Shown: positions 8,794-19,047 of the stretch, in pieces | Layout: every line of letters starts with the position of its first letter | Numbering within the stretch: the stretch's first letter is position 1 | Source: Vicinamibacteria bacterium | GTDB lineage: Bacteria; Acidobacteriota; Vicinamibacteria; Marinacidobacterales; Marinacidobacteraceae | Reading direction: 5' to 3' | NCBI GenBank assembly: GCA_963422395.1 | Contig: OY729431.1 | Coordinates: forward strand, 2,464,001 to 2,528,000 | DNA length: 64,000 nt | Program-made: the position numbers and the translations under genes | Notes under the pieces: model-generated | The model's input: only the letters and a program-made list of their open reading frames with translations | Told to the model about the DNA's origin: nothing | Database searches by the model: none

Positions 8794-9809
8794 CGGCTCG
8801 GGAGGCGCACCGCTGCGCGCACCCGTTCCATGGTGGCCCCGGCCGCCTCCGCCGCCTCCCGCCGTCCGGCAGCCAGCACATCACGCACCTCGTCCGGCCG
8901 TTTCTCATAGCCGCGCCGACGTTCGGCGATCGGGGCGACGGCGGCGGCCAGGTGGTCGGCGAGGGCGCTCTTGCACTGGATACAGCCGATCCCGGCGCTC
9001 CGGCAACCGGCTGCCGCCCAGTCCTGGGTGTCCTGGTCCGAGAAGATCCGATGGAGGTCGAAGACAGGGCACTTCGCCGGGTCGCCAGGGTCCCGAAGCC
9101 GCTTCCGCGCCGGATCGGTCTGCATCGTCTTCAGCCGCGACCGGACCGTGGACTCGTCCTCGGCGATCCCGATCACATTGCCGTAGCTCTTCGACATCTT
9201 GCGGCCGTCGGTTCCCGGCAGCCGCGGCGACGGGGTGAGCCGGACCTCCGGCTCGGTGAGCACCTGACCGAATACGGCGTTGAAACGCCGGGCGATCTCG
9301 CGGGTCAGCTCGACATGCGGCTGCTGGTCTTCTCCGACCGGGACCACCGCGGCGTCGTAGATGAGGATGTCCGCCGCCTGCAGTACCGGATAGCCGAGAA
9401 AGCCGTAGGTGTGGAGATCCCGCTCGCTCAACTCCCGGAGGATCTCCTTGTAGGTCGGGACCCGCTCCAGCCAGCCGAGCGGCACCACCATCGAGAGCAG
9501 AAGGTGCAATTCGGCGTGCTCGGGCACCTGCGACTGGACGAACAGGGTGGATCGCGCCGGGTCGAGCCCCACCGCCAGCCAGTCGGTGGCGATGTCGAGA
9601 GTATGGGCGGCCAGCTCGCTGGTGTCGCGGTAGTCGGTGGTGAGCGCGTGCCAGTCCACGATGCAGTAGTAGGCGTCGAACTCGTCCTGCATCGCCACCC
9701 AGTTGCGGTACGCGCCGACCAGGTGCCCGAGGTGCGAGGAACCGGTGGGCCGCATTCCGGAAAGGAGGCGGGGCCGGACGCGGCGCTGGTTCGTAGGGGG
9801 TTTCGTCAT
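8790..9809 (-). CDS. trpS: Tryptophan--tRNA ligase
   Basis: SGMRPTG, HLGH, YPVLQAADIL, VPVGEDQ, KMSKS. Confidence 0.97.
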   Translation of the reverse strand: MTKPPTNQRRVRPRLLSGMRPTGSSHLGHLVGAYRNWVAMQDEFDAYYCIVDWHALTTDYRDTSELAAHTLDIATDWLAVGLDPARSTLFVQSQVPEHAELHLLLSMVVPLGWLERVPTYKEILRELSERDLHTYGFLGYPVLQAADILIYDAAVVPVGEDQQPHVELTREIARRFNAVFGQVLTEPEVRLTPSPRLPGTDGRKMSKSYGNVIGIAEDESTVRSRLKTMQTDPARKRLRDPGDPAKCPVFDLHRIFSDQDTQDWAAAGCRSAGIGCIQCKSALADHLAAAVAPIAERRRGYEKRPDEVRDVLAAGRREAAEAAGATMERVRAAVRLPSR

Positions 9810-9824
9810 GGAGCGGCTGCGATT

Positions 9825-11654
9825 CTACGGACCGCGAACCGCAGGGTCGGTCCGGAGGCGGGCGTGGAGACGAGCAGCGAGCGCGGGGCCCACCGCGGCG
9901 GCGAGGTCGGATTCCGAGGCCTCGGCCACCTGGCGGAGGCTACCGAAGCGGGTGAGGAGTGCCTGTCTTCGGCGCGGACCGATCCCGGGCACCGCGTCGA
10001 GGGCGGAACGGAGCGTCTCCGTCCGGCGGCGTTTTCGGTGGAAGGTGACCGCGAAACGATGGGCTTCGTCGCGAGCCCGCGCCAGCAGCTGCAACGCCGG
10101 AGAGTTCCGGGGAAGGCGCAGCGGTTCCGGTGCGCCGGGCAGGAAGATCTCCTCCTCGCGCTTCGCGAGCCCCGCGTGCGGAATGTGGCTCAGACCGAGG
10201 TCTCTGAGCGCCGCTGCCGCCGAGCCGAGCTGCCCCCGCCCGCCATCCACGAGGATGAGGTCGGGGAGCTCCTGTCCCTCGGTCAGAACCCGGCGGTAGC
10301 GGCGGAGCACCACCTCGCGCAGGGAGGCGTAGTCGTCCGGCTTCCCCGCAAGGCCTCGGATGCGGAATTTCCGGTAGGCCGAGGGCAGCGGCTCGCCGCG
10401 CTCGAAGACGACCATCGAGGCGACGACCTGCCCCCCGCCGAGGTTCGAGATGTCGAACGCCTCGATCCGGCGGGGTTCCACCGCGAGCCCGAGCGCCTCC
10501 CGGAGCGCCCGGACGCGAGCCGCCGCCTTCCGCCCGGCCTCCCGGAAGTCCAGATCGAAGGCCAGGCGGGCGTTCCGGTTCACCATGTCCACCATCCGCC
10601 GGCGGGCTCCCTTCGCCGGCACCTGGATCTCGACCCGTCCGCCGCGCTTGTCGCCGAGCCAGTCCGCCACCAGCGCGCGCTCGGGAAAATCGAGTGGGGT
10701 TTCGATCCGTGGCGGGGGCCTCCGGCCGAGTTCGTAGAACTGCTTCATCGCCGCCTGGATCAGGCCCGCATCGTCGGTCGGCGGCAGGCCGGAGAAGGAG
10801 AACGCATCGCGGTCCACGACCTTGCCGCTCCGGATCAGGAACACCTGGAGCTGGGCGCGGTCGCCTTCCCGGTAGAGACCGAAGACATCGCGCGCCCTGC
10901 CGTCCGTCACTGCCACCTTCTGGCGGTCGTTCAGCTCGGCGAGCAGCCGGAGGCTGTCTCTGAGCCGCGCCGCCTCCTCGAACCTCTCCGCTTCGGCCTG
11001 CTCCTTCATCCGCCGGGTGAGCGAGCCGGTGAGCTCCTTCGCCCGACCCAGCAGGAAGAGCCGTGCCGCTTCGGAGGCATTGCGGTACTCCTCGACGGAA
11101 CAGACCGAATCCACGCAGGGAGCGACGCAGCGGCGGATCTGGTGCTGGAGGCAAGGACGGGCGCGTTTGCCGTCGAGCTGCTCGCGGCAATTACGGATCC
11201 CGAACAGCCGGTGCACCAGGCTCATGCTTCGGCGGGCGAGGCTGGCCGGAAAGTACGGCCCGGCGTACACCGCGCCGTCGGCGCCGGCGCCGCGCACGAT
11301 GTGGACCCGCGGGTATCTCTCGTTCATCGTGAGCCGCACCAGCGGCGGGTTCTTGTCGTCCCGCAGCAGGATGTTGTAGCGGGGCCGACGGGTCTTGATG
11401 AGGTTGTTCTCGAGCAGGAGCGCTTCCCTGATGGAGTCGGTGAGCACGACCTCCACATCGGCGATCCGGGACCGGAGGCGGTCCTTGCGCGCGTCGCCCG
11501 GCGGAGTCCGCAGATGGGAGAGCACACGGGCCCGGATCGAGGCCGCCTTGCCCACATAGAGCGTCTTCCCCTCCGCCGAGCGGAAGAGATACACCCCGGC
11601 GCTCTCGGGCAGCCGGGCGACCTTGTTCTCGAGAACCGCGGGAAGACCCGACAT
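9825..11654 (-). CDS. uvrC: Excinuclease ABC subunit C (start approximate)
   Basis: GIY-YIG region (GVYLF...LYVGKA), ERFEEAARLRD, IEAFDISN, PDLILVDGGRGQL, RDEAHRFA, C-terminal HhH. Confidence 0.96.
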   Translation of the reverse strand: MSGLPAVLENKVARLPESAGVYLFRSAEGKTLYVGKAASIRARVLSHLRTPPGDARKDRLRSRIADVEVVLTDSIREALLLENNLIKTRRPRYNILLRDDKNPPLVRLTMNERYPRVHIVRGAGADGAVYAGPYFPASLARRSMSLVHRLFGIRNCREQLDGKRARPCLQHQIRRCVAPCVDSVCSVEEYRNASEAARLFLLGRAKELTGSLTRRMKEQAEAERFEEAARLRDSLRLLAELNDRQKVAVTDGRARDVFGLYREGDRAQLQVFLIRSGKVVDRDAFSFSGLPPTDDAGLIQAAMKQFYELGRRPPPRIETPLDFPERALVADWLGDKRGGRVEIQVPAKGARRRMVDMVNRNARLAFDLDFREAGRKAAARVRALREALGLAVEPRRIEAFDISNLGGGQVVASMVVFERGEPLPSAYRKFRIRGLAGKPDDYASLREVVLRRYRRVLTEGQELPDLILVDGGRGQLGSAAAALRDLGLSHIPHAGLAKREEEIFLPGAPEPLRLPRNSPALQLLARARDEAHRFAVTFHRKRRRTETLRSALDAVPGIGPRRRQALLTRFGSLRQVAEASESDLAAAVGPALAARLHARLRTDPAVRGP

Positions 11655-11730
11655 CGTCACGATCCCGCGCCTCCCTGCGAAAGCCGCACCTCCGGACGCC
11701 CCGCCGCCTTCGTCGAACGGAGCTCTCTCC

Positions 11731-11756
11731 ACCGATCGGATCGACCGATCGGATCG
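11731..11756. repeat. Perfect 13-bp direct repeat in the uvrC/qor divergent intergenic region
   Basis: ACCGATCGGATCG x2. Confidence 0.7.
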
Positions 11757-11785
11757 TAGGACGCAGATTGTAGAATTCCCGGTCC

Positions 11786-12766
11786 ATGCCGCGAGCTATC
11801 CGGATCCAGCGATTCGGCGGCCCCGAGGTCCTGACCCTCGGGGAAGCCGCCGCGCCGCGTCCCAGCGCCGGGGAAGCGGCAGTCCGGGTGGAAGCCGCCG
11901 GGGTGAACTTCATTGACACCTACCACCGAACCGGGCTCTACCCCGTCGAAACTCCGTTCACTCCCGGCGTCGAGGGTGCCGGGGTGGTGGAAGCGGTCGG
12001 CGCTGGAGTCGCAAGCGTCTCTCCGGGGGACCGGGTGGGCTGGGTCCTGCAGCTGGGAAGCTACGCCGAACGGGCGGTGCTCCCCGCGGAGCGGCTCGTC
12101 ATCCTGCCCGCGGAAGTCACGACGGCTCAGGCCGCTGCCGCCCTGCTCCAGGGGATGACCGCCCACTACCTGGTCCGCTCCACCTTCCGGGTGCAGTCGG
12201 GGATGCCGGTGCTGGTCCACGCCGCCGCCGGAGGGATGGGCCTGCTGCTTTGCCAGATGTGCCGCGCGCTCGGTGCGCGGGTGTTCGGCACCGTCTCCAC
12301 CGAGGCGAAGGCGCGGGCGGCGCGGGCCGCGGGCGCCGATCTGGTGATCCGCTACACCGAGCAGGACTTCGCCGAAGTGGTCCGCGCCGCGCTGGACGAG
12401 CGGGACGAGGATGGGCTCGCGGTCGTTTACGACTCGGTGGGGGAGACGACCTGGGAGAAGAGCCTGGGCCTCCTGCGGCCGCGGGGGATGCTGGTGCTCT
12501 ACGGCCAGAGTTCGGGGCCGGTGCCCCCGATCGATCCCCTGCTTCTTTCGCGGGCGGGCTCGGTCTTCCTCACCCGTCCGACCCTCGGCGACTACGCCCG
12601 CACCCCGGACGAACTCCGGTGGCGGGCGGGCGAGGTGCTCGAGAGCGTGGCCGCCGGGAAGCTTCGGCTGACGATCGACCGTGAGCTTCCGCTCGCCTCC
12701 GCGGCGGAGGCGCACCGGCTGCTCGAAGGCCGGGCCACCAGCGGCAAGCTCCTCCTCCGCCCCTGA
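11786..12766 (+). CDS. qor: NADPH:quinone oxidoreductase (zeta-crystallin/MDR family)
   Basis: GVNFIDTYHRTGLY, LLQGMTAHYL, HAAAGGMG, YGQSSG, TSGKLLL. Confidence 0.9.
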   Translation: MPRAIRIQRFGGPEVLTLGEAAAPRPSAGEAAVRVEAAGVNFIDTYHRTGLYPVETPFTPGVEGAGVVEAVGAGVASVSPGDRVGWVLQLGSYAERAVLPAERLVILPAEVTTAQAAAALLQGMTAHYLVRSTFRVQSGMPVLVHAAAGGMGLLLCQMCRALGARVFGTVSTEAKARAARAAGADLVIRYTEQDFAEVVRAALDERDEDGLAVVYDSVGETTWEKSLGLLRPRGMLVLYGQSSGPVPPIDPLLLSRAGSVFLTRPTLGDYARTPDELRWRAGEVLESVAAGKLRLTIDRELPLASAAEAHRLLEGRATSGKLLLRP

Positions 12767-12855
12767 ATCGATCCGTGTCCCGACTATTGAACCTCCGACC
12801 CGAATCGGCGGCTCCACACCGTTCCGACCCTCGGCTGCGCTCTCATCACTCATTA

Positions 12856-12900
12856 CCCCCCCCCCTTAATGTGCGTATACGGTTATGTATGCATGCATAC
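12856..12900. promoter_or_regulatory. C10 tract plus perfect 14-bp palindrome upstream of glmS (putative promoter/operator)
   Basis: C10 at 12856-12865; GTATGCATGCATAC at 12887-12900 within an AT-rich patch. Confidence 0.4.
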
Positions 12901-12948
12901 ACTCGGCGGGCGCCATAGACTCCGGACCCTGACCGGCTTCCGATCGAA

Positions 12949-14784
12949 ATGTGCGGGATCATCGGCTCGGCTTCACGGTCCAATGTGGCGCCGGACCTGA
13001 TCGCCGGCCTCCGCCGGCTGGAGTACCGCGGATACGACTCCGCCGGAATCTCCGTCGTGCAGGACGGCGGTATCACGACGATCAAGGAAGTCGGAAAGGT
13101 GGAACGGCTCGTGAGCCGCATCCCCACCGGCTTCAAAGCCGGCATGGGAATCGCCCACACGCGCTGGGCCACCCAGGGGAGAGTGACCCGGGCCAACGCG
13201 CATCCTCACAACTGCGGCCGGGTTTCCCTGGTCCACAACGGGATCGTGGAGAACTACGACGAACTCGCGGCGCAGTACCGGATCTCCGGGAGGGAGTACC
13301 GCTCGGAGACCGATTCCGAACTTCTCGCCGTCATGATCGAGGCATTCCTCGACCGCGGCTGGGACGCGGACCGTGCACTTCAGGAGGTCTTCGCCAAGGT
13401 CGATGGGCAAAACGGCATGTGCGTCCTCGTCTGGGACGGCGAACGCCACGAAATCCTGGCCATCTCGCACAAGTTCCTGGTCGCGGGAAGAGACCGAACC
13501 CGCAGCCGCTTCTTCGTGTCTTCCGACTCCTGGTCACTGGCCCCGCTCTGCGCGGAGACCAGTTTCGTGGAGCCGGAGACGCTGCTGGTGATCACCCCCG
13601 AGGGAATCCGAGTCTCCGAAGGCGACCGCCGTTCGCCTCACGACTCCGGCTACCGCGTCCGGGAACTGACCGCCGAAGAGGACGCCGCAGACTCCGGCGA
13701 AATCTGTCACATGCGCCAGGAGATCCTGTCGCAGCCCAAAATCGCGCGGAGCATCGTCGAACAGCTGCTCGCCTCCGCCGGGGGCGAGGGCGACCACTAC
13801 CGCACCACCCTTTCCCTCGCGCAGGCGACCGGCGGCATCCATTCGGTTTCCTGCGGCAGCAGTTACTACGCGTCGCTCCTCGGCCGGTACTGGTTCGAGC
13901 GGCTCGCCGGGATTCCCTTCAAGCCGGAGATCGCCAGCGAGTTCGTCTTCAATCCGAGCATCCTCCGGGAAAAGAGTGCGCTCCTCTCCATCTCCCAATC
14001 CGGCGAAACCGCCGACACCCTGGCCGCCATCCGAAGCGCGCGGCGCGGCTACGAAGCCTCGGTGAGCCTCTGCAATACCAAAGACAGCTCGATAGCGCGC
14101 CAGTCGGACCATTCCATCCTCCTCGGCGCCGGCCGGGAGATCAGCGTCGCCGCGACGAAGACCTTCACCGCGCAGCTGCTGCACCTGTTCTACCTGGCGC
14201 ATTCGCTGCGAACCCTGCGCTCGTCCGGCGATCCGGACTCCGACGAGCTACTGCAGGTTCTCCGGGAGGAGCTGCTCCGCATTCCCGACCGGATGCGCGA
14301 GGTGATCGAAGCCGAAGAGCGAATCCTCGAAATAGCGGACGAGATCTCCGACACGAAGAACATGCTCTTCATCGCCCGCGGCATCCTGCTGCCCATCGCG
14401 CTCGAAGGCGCCCTCAAACTGAAGGAGACCTCCTACATCCACGCCGAAGCACACGCCGGGGGCGAGCTGAAACACGGCTCGCTGGCTCTGGTGGATCCGG
14501 AGACTCCGGTCATCGCGCTCGCGAGCAGCGGATCCATCACCGAGAAGATCAAGGCGAACATCCGCGAGATTCGCGCCCGCAACGGCCGGGTCTTCCTGTT
14601 CTGCGACGAAACACTGCTATCGGACCCGGCCGTCCGAACGGTGCTCCTGCCGAAAACCCACTACCTGCTGAGTCCGATGGTGGCGGTGGTGGCGGTGCAG
14701 CTGCTCGCCTACTACTCCGCCACGATTCGAGGGATCGATCCGGACCGGCCCCGGAATCTCGCCAAGTCGGTCACCGTCGAATAG
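12949..14784 (+). CDS. glmS: Glutamine--fructose-6-phosphate aminotransferase (isomerizing)
   Basis: MCGI, LEYRGYDSAG, HTRWAT, HNGIVEN, SQSGETADT, ELKHG, PRNLAKSVTVE. Confidence 0.96.
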   Translation: MCGIIGSASRSNVAPDLIAGLRRLEYRGYDSAGISVVQDGGITTIKEVGKVERLVSRIPTGFKAGMGIAHTRWATQGRVTRANAHPHNCGRVSLVHNGIVENYDELAAQYRISGREYRSETDSELLAVMIEAFLDRGWDADRALQEVFAKVDGQNGMCVLVWDGERHEILAISHKFLVAGRDRTRSRFFVSSDSWSLAPLCAETSFVEPETLLVITPEGIRVSEGDRRSPHDSGYRVRELTAEEDAADSGEICHMRQEILSQPKIARSIVEQLLASAGGEGDHYRTTLSLAQATGGIHSVSCGSSYYASLLGRYWFERLAGIPFKPEIASEFVFNPSILREKSALLSISQSGETADTLAAIRSARRGYEASVSLCNTKDSSIARQSDHSILLGAGREISVAATKTFTAQLLHLFYLAHSLRTLRSSGDPDSDELLQVLREELLRIPDRMREVIEAEERILEIADEISDTKNMLFIARGILLPIALEGALKLKETSYIHAEAHAGGELKHGSLALVDPETPVIALASSGSITEKIKANIREIRARNGRVFLFCDETLLSDPAVRTVLLPKTHYLLSPMVAVVAVQLLAYYSATIRGIDPDRPRNLAKSVTVE

Positions 14785-14807
14785 CACCGCGATCCATGCC
14801 CGCCGGG

Positions 14808-16358
14808 ATGCGAACGACCCTCGCCGCCGCGGCCCTGCTCTGCAGCGGCGCCGCGGCGGGGCAGCCGCTGGACCGGGAGATGGTGGCGAAGATCCGAGAG
14901 GAAGGGCTCCACCGATCGCAGCTGCCCGAGACGCTCTCCTACCTGACCGATGTGCTCGGCGCCCGGCTGACGAACTCGGCGGCGATGGAACGGGCACAGC
15001 GATGGGCGGTCGCGGAGATGACCCGCATCGGACTGCAGCAGGTGGTCCGCGAGCCGTTCATGGACTATGGCGCGAGCTGGGACAACGAGTACTTCTCGCT
15101 CCACCTGACCGCACCGGATTACCAACCGCTCGTGGGCTACCCCATCGCCCACACCCCGGGGACCGGCGGCCTTCGGGAACTCGAGGTCGCCATCGCCGAT
15201 GTGCGCTCGCGGAGCGACCTCGAGAGCCTGCGCGGACGGCTCCGGGGGATGGCAGTGCTCGCAACCCCGCCCGCCGCAGTGGACCGCGCCCGTTTCGCCT
15301 TCGGGACCCCGGAACGCAGCGACGAGGAGCTGCGGCGCCTCGCTGGGGAGGTGGTCCCGCCGGGAACGGTCAGCCCGATCTTCGAGAGTCCCTTCGCCGA
15401 CCCGCCGGAGAATCCGGAACTGCTTACTCCGGAGGAACGGCTCGATTTCTATCTCGAGGAAGGAGCCGCCGCGGTGCTCGAATCGAGAAGCGGCTGGCCG
15501 GGCGCGGTACGGGGCTTCGCCCGGCCGGGCGCCAAGAAGGACGGCTGGGACCGGGAGGCGACTCTCGCCTCGCTACCGATCGTCGCCGTGACCCCGGAGC
15601 ACTACAACCGCATGTACCGGATCTTGCGCCGCGGTCTTCCGGTGACCATCGAATTGGAGGTGCAGAACCGGCACGGAGAGGCTGCTACCGAGGCTAAGAA
15701 TGTGCTCGGCGAGATCCCGGGGACCGACCTGGCTGCCGAGCTCGTCATGATCGGCGCGCACTTCGACACCTGGCACGCCAGCCCGAACGCGAGCGACAAC
15801 ACTTCGGGGGCGGCGGTGATGCTGGAGGCGATGCGGATCCTGACCGCGGCCGCCGTCACGCCGCGTCGGACGATCCGGATAGCGCTCTGGTCCGGGGAAG
15901 AACAGGGCCTCTATGGGTCCCGCGCGTATGTGCGCGAACACTTCGGCGATCCGGGAGATCCGGAGGCGCCGGCCGGGCCCGACCGCGGCAACTTTTCGGT
16001 GTACTTCAACCAGGACTACGGGCCCGGCCGGTACCGCGGCATCTGGCTCCAGGGGAACGAGCATGTGCGCTCGATCTTCGAAGCGTGGATGGCGCCGTTC
16101 GAGGACTTCGGAATGACGACCCTGGCGCCCGGAAGCGTGGGGAGCACCGACCATGTGCCGTTCGACGACGCGGGGCTGCCGGGCTTCCAGTTCCTTCAGG
16201 CGCGGGTGGGCGGCACCGGAGGCCACACGAATCTCGATTTCCTGGACACTCTGCCCCTCGACGACCTGAAGAAGAACGCGGTGGTGGTGGCGGCCTTCGC
16301 GTACCACGCGGCGATGGCCGATCGGAAGCTGCCCCGCAAGGGCCCAAAACTCCCTTAG
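14808..16358 (+). CDS. Secreted M28-family (carboxypeptidase Q-like) metallopeptidase
   Basis: Signal peptide MRTTLAAAALLC; GAHFDTW, ASDNTSG, WSGEEQGLYGS, STDHVPF. Confidence 0.9.
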   Translation: MRTTLAAAALLCSGAAAGQPLDREMVAKIREEGLHRSQLPETLSYLTDVLGARLTNSAAMERAQRWAVAEMTRIGLQQVVREPFMDYGASWDNEYFSLHLTAPDYQPLVGYPIAHTPGTGGLRELEVAIADVRSRSDLESLRGRLRGMAVLATPPAAVDRARFAFGTPERSDEELRRLAGEVVPPGTVSPIFESPFADPPENPELLTPEERLDFYLEEGAAAVLESRSGWPGAVRGFARPGAKKDGWDREATLASLPIVAVTPEHYNRMYRILRRGLPVTIELEVQNRHGEAATEAKNVLGEIPGTDLAAELVMIGAHFDTWHASPNASDNTSGAAVMLEAMRILTAAAVTPRRTIRIALWSGEEQGLYGSRAYVREHFGDPGDPEAPAGPDRGNFSVYFNQDYGPGRYRGIWLQGNEHVRSIFEAWMAPFEDFGMTTLAPGSVGSTDHVPFDDAGLPGFQFLQARVGGTGGHTNLDFLDTLPLDDLKKNAVVVAAFAYHAAMADRKLPRKGPKLP

Positions 16359-16470
16359 CAGCAGTCCGGCTCGCGGTCTCGCCGCTCCATCCCGGAAGCT
16401 CCTGCGCGGATTCTCCGACGCGGGGCGCCGGGGAGCAGAGGCGGTCAGGCCTCCCGATCAGGGATCCCCG

Positions 16471-17745
16471 TCAGGCCTCGCGGCGGTAGGCGCGGGCCAG
16501 CAGTTCCACCGGGTGAGTCACCTCGGCGGTGATGCCGGTGCGGCGGACGCCTTCGGCCAGCTGGAGCTGGCAGCCGATGTTGCCGGTAGCGATGCAGTCG
16601 GGGCGGGCCGGGGCGATTTCGGCCATCTTCCGGTCGAGGATCTCCATCGATGTCTCGTGCCTGCTGATGTTGTAGATCCCGGCAGAACCGCAGCAGCGCT
16701 CCGCATCGCGCACCGTGAGCAGCTCGACTCCGGGCAGGCTGGCGAGGATCCGGAGAGGCTCCTCGCGGACCTGCTGCGCATGGAAGAGATGGCAGGGCGC
16801 GTCGTACACCGTCCGCAGCGGCGCCTCCGCAGGCCCGGCCGCCGGCGGCTCGAATCCGCTCCGTTCGAGAAACGCGGAGACATCGGCGATCCGTGCGGCG
16901 AAGCCGGCAGCCCGCTCCTCTCCGGGAAGCAGCTCGCCGTATTCCGAGAGCGCCGCGCCGCAGCCGGCGGCGGTCGTGATCACCGGAATCCCATCCGGGA
17001 AGGCAGCGGCGTTCTGCCGGGCGAGCCCCCGAGCACGGTCGGGCAGGCCCGCGTGGAGATGGAGCGCACCGCAGCACCCCTGCCCGTCCGGTACCAGCAC
17101 CTCCCAGCCGTTTCGGGAGAGGACGAAGGCCGCGGCGAGAGTTGTCTGGGGCCGCAGATACGGGGCGACACAGCCGGTGAAGAGGGCCACCGTTCCGCGC
17201 CGCGACCGGCCGAAAGGCAGCGTGCGGCGGGGGAACCGCGCTCTCGCCGGAACCTCGGGCAGCAGGCGGATGCGCGCCGAAAGGCGCGGCGCCAGCCGAC
17301 GGAGCAGCCGCTGCGGCAGGCGGCGCCGGCCGAGCCGTTCCACAACGCGGACCAGTGCCATGACCGAGGCGAGCACGCGCGGGCGCGCCACGATCGTGGA
17401 GAGGGCGAAGCGCTTCGACAGACGGGCGAGGAGAGGCTCCACCCGCTCCGAGGTCAGCAGGCCGCGCACCCCCTCGACGATCGCCCCTACCTCGACTCCC
17501 GCCGGGCAGACCGTTTCGCAGCCGCGGCAGGCGAGGCATCCATACAGGTCTTCCGCGAGGCCGGCGGTCGGCGCCAGCCGGCCTTCGAGGAGGGCGCGGG
17601 CGTTGAACACCTGGCCGCGCGGAGCGAGCGATTCCCGGGGGGCGTTCTCGTAGGCCGGACACGCCGGAAGGCAGAGGCCGCAATGAACGCAAGCGAGGGT
17701 CTTCTCGTGGATCCGTCGTCTCTCGGCCGCGGCCTGAGCGGTCAT
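16471..17745 (-). CDS. glcF: Glycolate oxidase iron-sulfur subunit
   Basis: CVHCGLCLPACP, CLACRGCETVCP, two CCG domains, NIGCQLQL. Confidence 0.92.
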   Translation of the reverse strand: MTAQAAAERRRIHEKTLACVHCGLCLPACPAYENAPRESLAPRGQVFNARALLEGRLAPTAGLAEDLYGCLACRGCETVCPAGVEVGAIVEGVRGLLTSERVEPLLARLSKRFALSTIVARPRVLASVMALVRVVERLGRRRLPQRLLRRLAPRLSARIRLLPEVPARARFPRRTLPFGRSRRGTVALFTGCVAPYLRPQTTLAAAFVLSRNGWEVLVPDGQGCCGALHLHAGLPDRARGLARQNAAAFPDGIPVITTAAGCGAALSEYGELLPGEERAAGFAARIADVSAFLERSGFEPPAAGPAEAPLRTVYDAPCHLFHAQQVREEPLRILASLPGVELLTVRDAERCCGSAGIYNISRHETSMEILDRKMAEIAPARPDCIATGNIGCQLQLAEGVRRTGITAEVTHPVELLARAYRREA

Positions 17746-17825
17746 ACGAAGCGAATCTACCAGCCCCCGCACTGGAACGGGGCGTCACCCGCCTGTGGAC
17801 GAAGCCGCATTGCCCGCCGCGCGCC

Positions 17826-19043
17826 TCACCGCGGCAGACGGCCGGGCGCGAGGATGTCCGCGGGATCGAGAGCGGCCTCGATCCGGCGCGAGAGGGCGCG
17901 GATCGCCGGCGGCGGCGGCGGATGGAAGACCGGGTTGGCGGATTTCCAGCCGGGCGGAGCAGTCTCGACGGCCAGCGAGACACCCGCTTCGACCGCAGCG
18001 AGAGCGGCCTGGAAGCGGTCCGCGGGGAGGCTCGCCAGCACTCGCGGCTGGTTGGGAAAGGCGAGGGAGGGACCGAACTCCGCCAGCCGCCAGGCGGCCC
18101 GCAGCAGCGGCTTCTTCGGACCGCGCACCACGAGGCCGAGAGCACCGGCGGCCTCCGGAACCTTCGGAGCGAAATCGCGGACTCCCTCCCAAAGGGCCGC
18201 CTCCCCGGCGTCCCCGAGCACCTGCGGCGCCTCGCCGACGGCCTCGGTGATCGCCGCGAGCGGCGCGGCGGCCTCCTCGACGAGACCCTCGAAGCGAGCG
18301 GCGAACCGGAACCCCCCGTCGTCCGGGAGGCCGGGAAGCCCGCTGCCCGGAGGGACGACGGCCGTCGCCGCCGCATACGGGGCGGCGGCCGCCGCCGCGA
18401 GGACGCGATCCGCGAACTGCTCGGCGGAATCTGCTGCGGGAAGCGCCGCCATCACGGTCTCGGACGCCTCGGGGCGCGCCCGCAGGCGGAGGGTGACCCG
18501 GGTGATCGCTCCCAGGGTTCCGAGGGAACCGGTGAAGAGTTTCGTCAGCTCGTAACCGGTCACATTCTTCACCACCCGGCCTCCCGATCGGATGCGGGAG
18601 CCGTCGCCCAGCACCGCCCGCATCCCGAGGAGGAGGTCCCGCGGACGGGCGCCGGGGACCGAGCGGAAACCGGGCTCTCCGGCGGCGATGACCCCGCCGA
18701 GCGTCGCCCGATTCGGGAGAGGAGGGTCGAGCGGCAGGAACTGACCGTGTCTCGCGAGCCCCCGATCCAGTTCGGCCACGGTGGTTCCCGCCCAGGCCTC
18801 GACGGTCAGGTCGCGGACATGGTGTTCGATGACCCCCGAGAGCCGGACGAGGCGGACCAGCAGGTCGGCGCGCTCCGGCGGCTGGCCGAGGCCGAGGCGG
18901 GTGCCGCCGCCACAGAAGATCACCGCCTCGTTCGCGCGGGATGCTTCGGCGAGAACGGCAGCGAGCTCGTCTTCGTCCGCCGGATCGCTCACCCGGCCGA
19001 CCCGCACTCCGTCCACCGCGAGCAGGCAGTCGTCTCGGCTCAA
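17826..19043 (-). CDS. glcE: Glycolate oxidase FAD-binding subunit E
   Basis: GGGTRL, ATLGG, GGRVVKNVTGYELTKLFTGSLGTLG; lies between glcD and glcF. Confidence 0.88.
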   Translation of the reverse strand: MSRDDCLLAVDGVRVGRVSDPADEDELAAVLAEASRANEAVIFCGGGTRLGLGQPPERADLLVRLVRLSGVIEHHVRDLTVEAWAGTTVAELDRGLARHGQFLPLDPPLPNRATLGGVIAAGEPGFRSVPGARPRDLLLGMRAVLGDGSRIRSGGRVVKNVTGYELTKLFTGSLGTLGAITRVTLRLRARPEASETVMAALPAADSAEQFADRVLAAAAAAPYAAATAVVPPGSGLPGLPDDGGFRFAARFEGLVEEAAAPLAAITEAVGEAPQVLGDAGEAALWEGVRDFAPKVPEAAGALGLVVRGPKKPLLRAAWRLAEFGPSLAFPNQPRVLASLPADRFQAALAAVEAGVSLAVETAPPGWKSANPVFHPPPPPAIRALSRRIEAALDPADILAPGRLPR

Positions 19044-19047
19044 GGGA

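Noticed and set aside
12767-12948. glmS ribozyme
   Set aside because: No recognisable conserved core by eye; an Infernal search with the Rfam glmS model would be decisive
12951-16358. Apparent 1135-aa protein
   Set aside because: The first ~615 aa are an off-frame read of glmS; the real peptidase begins near 14796-14808 with a signal peptide
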